From Mobula hypostoma (lineage: Eukaryota): a DNA stretch of 64,000 nucleotides. The DNA is taken from assembly GCF_963921235.1 (NCBI RefSeq), contig NC_086097.1, positions 109,990,001 to 110,054,000 on the forward strand. Reading direction: 5' to 3'. Shown in pieces: positions 58,135-64,000 of the stretch. The translations under genes were made by a program, and so were the position numbers. Numbering within the stretch: position 1 is the stretch's first letter; each line of letters begins with the position of its first letter. The notes beneath the pieces were generated by a model, which saw nothing but the letters and a program-made list of their open reading frames with translations, did no database searches and was not told the DNA's origin.

Positions 58135-61100
58135 CACTGGTATGTTTGTTGCCCTTTTGAAGCAGGTAGGAACTCCTGACTGTAGCAATGAGAGACTGAA
58201 AATGTCTCTGAACATTTTTACCATCGGTTGGCACAGGTTTTCAGAGCCCTACTATCAGGGCCAATCATTTTACACAGATTCACCCTTTTGAAAGACAAGC
58301 TGACATCGGCTTCTGACAGAGATCATAGGGTCACCCAGATGCTACAGGTATCCTCATAGGTGTATTTTAATTCTCCCTTTCAAAGAGAGCATAAAAGATG
58401 TTGAGCTCATCTGGGACTGAAGCATCACTGTCATTCATGATGTTAGGTTTTGCTTTGCAGGAAGTAATGGCTGCAAACCCTGCCAGAGTTGACACGCATC
58501 CAAATCCTCCTCTAACCACAATCAGAAACGTTCCTTTGCTCTCGAGGTAGCTCTCTGTAAGTTGTACTTGGCCTTCCTGTATAGTGCTGGATTGCCAGAC
58601 TTGAGTGTCACAGATCAGTCCCTCAGCAGACCACCGTTACTGGAGATGGATAGATATTTAGACTTTGAGGGTCTCAAGGGTTGTGGGAAGTGGTCAGCAA
58701 AATGAAGTTGAGCACAAGACGAGATTGGCCTTTATTTCATTGATTGCACAGCATATTTGATGGCCCATTTCTCATGACCTTATGTGCAACATAAAAAGGT
58801 TCATGAGCATAATGTTAAATAGGTAAAGTTTGCTTAACTACAATGATGAGCTCTATGAAGAAGATAAATAAAGCAATGGGGTTCTATTTGCCAGCTATAA
58901 TAAACTGGACAGAATATTTCCTGCCTATCACTGTTTAGAGTTCTCCCTGAAAGGCATTAAATACTATATGAATGGATTATATTATTTAGGACAAATTAAG
59001 AGTTTCATTTATTTACAGAAATAAAGCAGAAAATACAATGGGCAGAAATTCATATACATTCCGTAAACTCTAACATGACATTGATTACTAAACACTATTA
59101 GCACAATTTATAGGATTAATGAAAAATCTAAACTTTGATTTTTGCTGCATAATTCCTATAAGGTGAAACCCAACATCATAAATGGCAGCGATGCTTCAAT
59201 ATCAGACGAGCTCACTGCCTTTTATGCCTGCTTTGGAAGAGAGAATATAGCTACAACTGTGAGGATAGCTGCTGCACCCGGTGACCCTATGAACTCTGTC
59301 TCGGAGGCCAACGCCAGGCTGTCTTACAGGAGGGTGAACCCTTGCAAGGCAGCAGGTCCCAATGGAATACCTGGTAAGGCTTTGAAAACTTGTGCCAACT
59401 AACAGGAGGGTGTGTTCAAAGACAGTATCAATCTCTCACTGCTGAGGTCATAAGTTCCCATCTGCTTCAAAAGGCAACAATTATACCAGTGCTCAAGAAG
59501 AGTAGTGTGAGCTCCCTTAATGACTATCGTCCAGCAGACCTGGACCAACTGCAATTTGCCTATCACCACAATAGGTCAATAGCAGGTGTAATCTCAATGG
59601 CTCTTCACATGGCCTTAGATCACCTGGACAACACAAATACATCTGTCAGGATGCTGTTCATTGACTGTAGCTCAGCATTTAAACCATTATTCCCACAGTT
59701 CTTATCAAAAAGCTACAGACTGAACCTGAGCCTCTGTACCTCCCTCAGCAATTGAATCCTTAACCTCCCTACTGGAAAACCACAATCTGTATGGATTAGT
59801 AGTAACATCTCCTCTTCCCTGGCAATCAACTCCTCACGGGTGGGCGTTTAGCCCACTGCTCTACTCTCTCTATACCCATGACGGTGTGACTAGGCATTGC
59901 TCGAATGTCATCTATAAATTTTCTGATGATATAACCTTTGTTGGCAGAATCTCAGATGGAGATGAGAGGGTGTACAGGAATGAGATATTCCTAGCTAGTT
60001 GAGTGGTGTTACAGCAAAAACCTTGTGTTCAACATCAGTAAGACCAAAGAGCTGAGGGTAGAACAAGAGAACACCAACTAATCCTCAGGGATCAGAAGTA
60101 GAGAGAGAGTGAGCAATTTCAGGTTCCTGGGTGTCAAGATCTCTGAGGAACTAACCTGGTCCCAACATATCAATGCAGCCATAAAGAAGGCAAGACAACA
60201 GCTATATTTCATTAGGAGTTTGAGGAGATTTGGTTTGTCACCTAAAACACTTGAAAACTTCTACAGATGTACCGTGGAGAGCATTCTGACAGGCTACATG
60301 GAATACAGGAAGAGTTAGCTAATGAGATTTACAATTGGTTTGATGGTAGGAAGAAGAGAGTTATAGTCAAAGGCTATTTCTCAGACTGGAAGCCTGTGAC
60401 CAGTAGTGTGTTACAGGGTCAGAACTCAGGCATTTGTTTTTATATAAACAAATTAGATCTGAATGTACAAGCACGATTGGTAAGTTTACAGATGATACTG
60501 AAATAGGTGACATCATAGACAGTGAAGGTTTTCAAAAGTTACAGGGGTATTGAGATTATTTTGGAAAATGGGCCAAGGACTGACAAATAGCTTTCAACTT
60601 AGGTAAGGGTGAATTATTGTATTTTGAGCAGTAGGCCAAGTCAGTGTTGTGGAACAGTGGGACCAAGAAGAACAAATGTATGGTTCTCAAAAAATGGTAT
60701 CATGGTTAGACAGTGTGGTGAAGAAAGTGTTTGGCGTGCTGGCCTTCATCAGTCAAGGCACTGAGTATAGGAGTTCGGATGTTCCAGTTGTACAGTATGT
60801 TGGTGAGGCAACACTGGGAGTAACGTGTACAGTTTTGGCCACCCCGTTATAAGAAAGGCATCATTAAACTGAAAGGGGTACAGAGAAGACTTGCAAGCAA
60901 GCTACCAAGATTAGAGGCCCTGAGTTGTTGGAAAAGGTTGAGCAGGCTAAGGCTTTACTGCTTGGAACATAAAATTGATGTTTTAGAGGTGAATAAAATC
61001 CTGTAGGGTACAGATAGAGTGTACTCACAGTATTTTTCTTAGGGAAGAGCTAAAAACAAAAGAGAATAAATTAAAGGAGAGAAGTGGAAGATTTAAAATG

Positions 61101-62715
61101 GATCTGAGGGGTATCTTCTTCATGTAGACCTTGGTGCATACAGTATATGGAAAGAGCTGCAGGAGAAAATGGTTGAAGAGCCACGATAGCCATTATTAAA
61201 ATAAAATATTTGCATATGTACATGGATAGGAAATACATGGGCCAAACATGGGCAAATAGGACTAGCACCATGCCTGTTATTGACAAATTATACAGAGTGC
61301 TCTGCTTCCAAGTTGTATTATCCTTTGCTCTATGACTACTACATAATGATAGAAAAATAAATGTTGCCATAGACATTGAAAATAGTGATCAAGAATTACA
61401 GCAGGATCTCGATCAGCTGAGTAAGTGCACCGAGGAATGTCAAATGGAGCTTAATTCAGATAAGTGCAAGGTGTTAAGCTTCAGAAGGAGGACAGGGTGG
61501 GACATTCATAGTGAATAGTTAGGTTCTGGGGAATGTCCCTTTGTTCTACAAGCACATGGTACGCTGAAAATGCCGTCACAGCTAAGCAGGGTGGTGAAGA
61601 AGGCTTTTGGTATGTTGTCAATCAGAGAATTGAGTATAGAAGTTGGAATGCTCTGTTGCAAACTTTGGCAAGGCCACATTTGGAATGTTATGTTCAGTTT
61701 TGACCCCCTGCTACAGTTAAGATGCTATTAGGATGGAAAAAGTGCGGGAGTGATTCATGAGGATGCTTTCAAGACTCAAGGGACTAAGTTATCGAGAGAA
61801 GCTGAGCATATTAGAACTTTATTTCCTGCAGTGTAGGAGAATGAGCGGTAACATTACAGAGGTGGATAAGACTATGAGCGTCAGAGATAAAGCGAATGCA
61901 CACAGCCTCTTTCTCCGGGTCGTTAAATCAAGAACTAAAGGACACAGGTTTATGGTGAGAGGGGATAGATTTAACTAGAACCTGAGGGGTACCTTTTTCA
62001 CCCCAAGGGTGGTCTACATATGGATGAGCTGCCAGAAGAAATGGCTGAAGCAGGTACCTTTCGTAACATTAAAAAGCACTTGGACAAGTCCATGGATCAG
62101 AATCAGAATCAGGTTTAATATCATTGAAATTGTTGTCTTTGCAGCAGCAATACAATACAATACATAAGTCATAAAAATGTAAATTACAATATGTATTATA
62201 TATATATACACACACATCAGATAGTTAAATAAGTAGTGCAAAAATAGGTAGTGTTCATGGGTTCAATGTCCATTCAGAAATCGGATGACAGAAGGAAAGA
62301 AGCTGTTTCTAAAGCATGAAGTGTGTGTCTTTAGGCTCCTGCACCTCCTACCTGATGGCAGCAATGAGAAACAAGACATATCCTAGGTGGTGGGGGTCCT
62401 TAATGATGGATGCCTCCTTTTTGAGGCATCTCTCCTTGAAGATGTTCTGGATACCCTCGAGGCAAAAGCCATTGATGGAGCTGATTTAGCTTGCAACTAA
62501 CTGCAGCTTATTTTGATCCTGTGCAGTAGCCACCCCTCCCCCCCATTCCAGATGGTAATGCAGCCAGTTAGAATGATCTTCACAGTACATACTGTATGTA
62601 GTAATTTGCGAGTGGATTTGGTGACATACCAAATCTCCTCAATCTCCTAATGAAATATAACCACTGTTGTGCCTTCTTTGTAGCTGCATCAATATGTTGG
62701 GCCCAGGATAGGAAA
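58135..62715. mobile_element. Patchwork of decayed LINEs: Rex1 (-) 58135-58635, Rex1 (+) 59160-60292, CR1 (+) 60293-62095, Rex1 (-) 62097-62715
   Basis: ORF remnants DELTAFYACF, KAAGPNGIPG, QFAYHHNRS, NFRFLGVKISEELTWS and WKPVTSSVLQG; microsatellite tails. Confidence 0.8.
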
Positions 62716-62789
62716 GGTTTAGACTATAGACTGCATTTGTGATCTCCTTGATTGAACTCAAACTGACAGTACGACAGATTAAATCCCAG

Positions 62790-63330
62790 CTCTTCCTGTA
62801 TTCCCCACCCTGATATTTTACCACTTCTCACCTGCCTATTACTTCCTCTTGTGTCTCCTCATCCTTCCCCTTTTCCTAATGTTCACTCTCCTCTCCCATC
62901 AGATTCCTTCGTCTCCAGCCCTTGACCCTTCCCACCCACCTGGCTTCACCTGTCACCTTCTAGCTAGCCTCCTTCCCCTCTCGCTACCTTTTTATTATAG
63001 AACATAGAACAGTACAGAGCAGGAACAGGCCATTCAGCCCACAATGTTGTGCCAAATCAAAAACACCCCAACACTAATCCCTCTTACCTACACAATGTCC
63101 ATATACCTCCAACTTCTTTCCATCCATGTGCCTATCCAAATGTCTCTGAAAGGCCTCCAATGAATTTGCCTCTGCCACCATACTAAACAGCACATTCCAG
63201 GCATCCACCACTCTCCGAGTACAAAAGTTACACCTCACAGCCCCCTTAAAGCTACCCCCTTTCACCTTGAATGCATGCCCTCTGGTATTAGACATTTCTA
63301 CCCTGGGAAACAGATACTCCCTGTCTACCC
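62790..63330. mobile_element. PLE 3' fragment (+, ~62790-62997) truncated by a CR1 3' end (-, 62998-63330)
   Basis: Pyrimidine-rich pLTR-like tract, then tagaacatagaac tail and CR1 C-terminal ORF 63074-63403. Confidence 0.7.
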
Positions 63331-63378
63331 TACCACCTGGAAGGACTGTTTGGAGCCCTGACACTTCACCCGTGATTC

Positions 63379-64000
63379 TGTTGGAATCATGATCCACTAT
63401 CAATTACTCCAAATGACTGGAAGTAGAGTAAACACTGAAAGGCTTTTATTAACAGTAAAATGGATTCATGTCCATGCTGTATGTCTGCCCTGGACTGAGG
63501 GAGGAGCAGTGACACGATCGCCTTTGTTCAGGGGTCTGTGGGAGGAGCCAGTGGGAGGAGCCACAGGAGCAGTCAGCAGAGGGGCATGTCCAGACAGGTA
63601 ACCCAGTTAAAACATATATATGGTTTACCACATTCACCCCTCCTTTTTTTAAAAAAGAGTCCTGCGGGGTGAAGTGACTGACACTATTTAAAACAAGTAT
63701 ATTTACAGGTCAAGTCTAGCAGGCGGTCGAGTCCGTCGCTGTGATCTATATAGCACCAGTAGTAATTGCACCGGCGACCGTGGTTGTGCTGGCTCCAGCC
63801 TGACTTGAGGTGTCGGCACGTTGGACGTCGGTAATCCCTCGTGCGTGTGCGTCGCGCCCGTAATGGGAGTGTCGTGTGGTGTCTGTGTAGGGTTTGGAGT
63901 GCGTGTTGTCTCGTGGGTATATATATCTGTGGATACGGGGTTAATAGTCACCATGGAGTGTTCAGGTTAGGGGCCTGGTGCTCCTGCTGGCGCCAGGTCG
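63379..64000 (-). mobile_element. Gypsy-type LTR retrotransposon 3' end (3' LTR, PPT, end of pol); continues beyond window
   Basis: LTR 63379-63632 is bounded TG...CA; PPT ggaggggtgaa (minus) at 63633-63643; ORF ending RSQRRTRPPARLDL* at 63703; CpG-rich. Confidence 0.8.

Overview
This window is vertebrate genomic DNA, most likely from a cartilaginous fish (inferred from its CR1/Rex1/V-SINE/Penelope repeat mix and the NeuroD6 sequence). It holds one host gene, neurod6, with a single coding exon at 29103-30110 (+). A predicted non-coding exon 1 ends at 27733, just downstream of a CCAAT/CRE/E-box cluster. The gene sits in a ~10 kb CpG-retaining, almost transposon-free island (~23900-34750). The flanks are saturated with mostly decayed, often nested mobile elements: many CR1 and Rex1/Babar LINEs, one well-preserved 5'-truncated L1, a Neptune-type Penelope-like element (PLE) with tandem pseudo-LTRs and a 13-bp TSD, a Buster/Charlie hAT transposon split by an RTE LINE, two Gypsy-type LTR elements, SINEs, a two-variant 26-bp minisatellite and a ~240-bp fold-back. 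The most interesting non-protein signal is a family of about 10 minimal hammerhead-ribozyme motifs (consensus AGTC-CTGAYGA-A-GGGT-CTCG-GCCC-GAAAC-GTC-GACT). They occur in PLE pseudo-LTRs and in short, often inverted, non-autonomous derivatives. A possible deleted HDV-like ribozyme lies at the 5' end of a 185-bp insertion. TE boundaries without TSDs are approximate, and no database searches were run.
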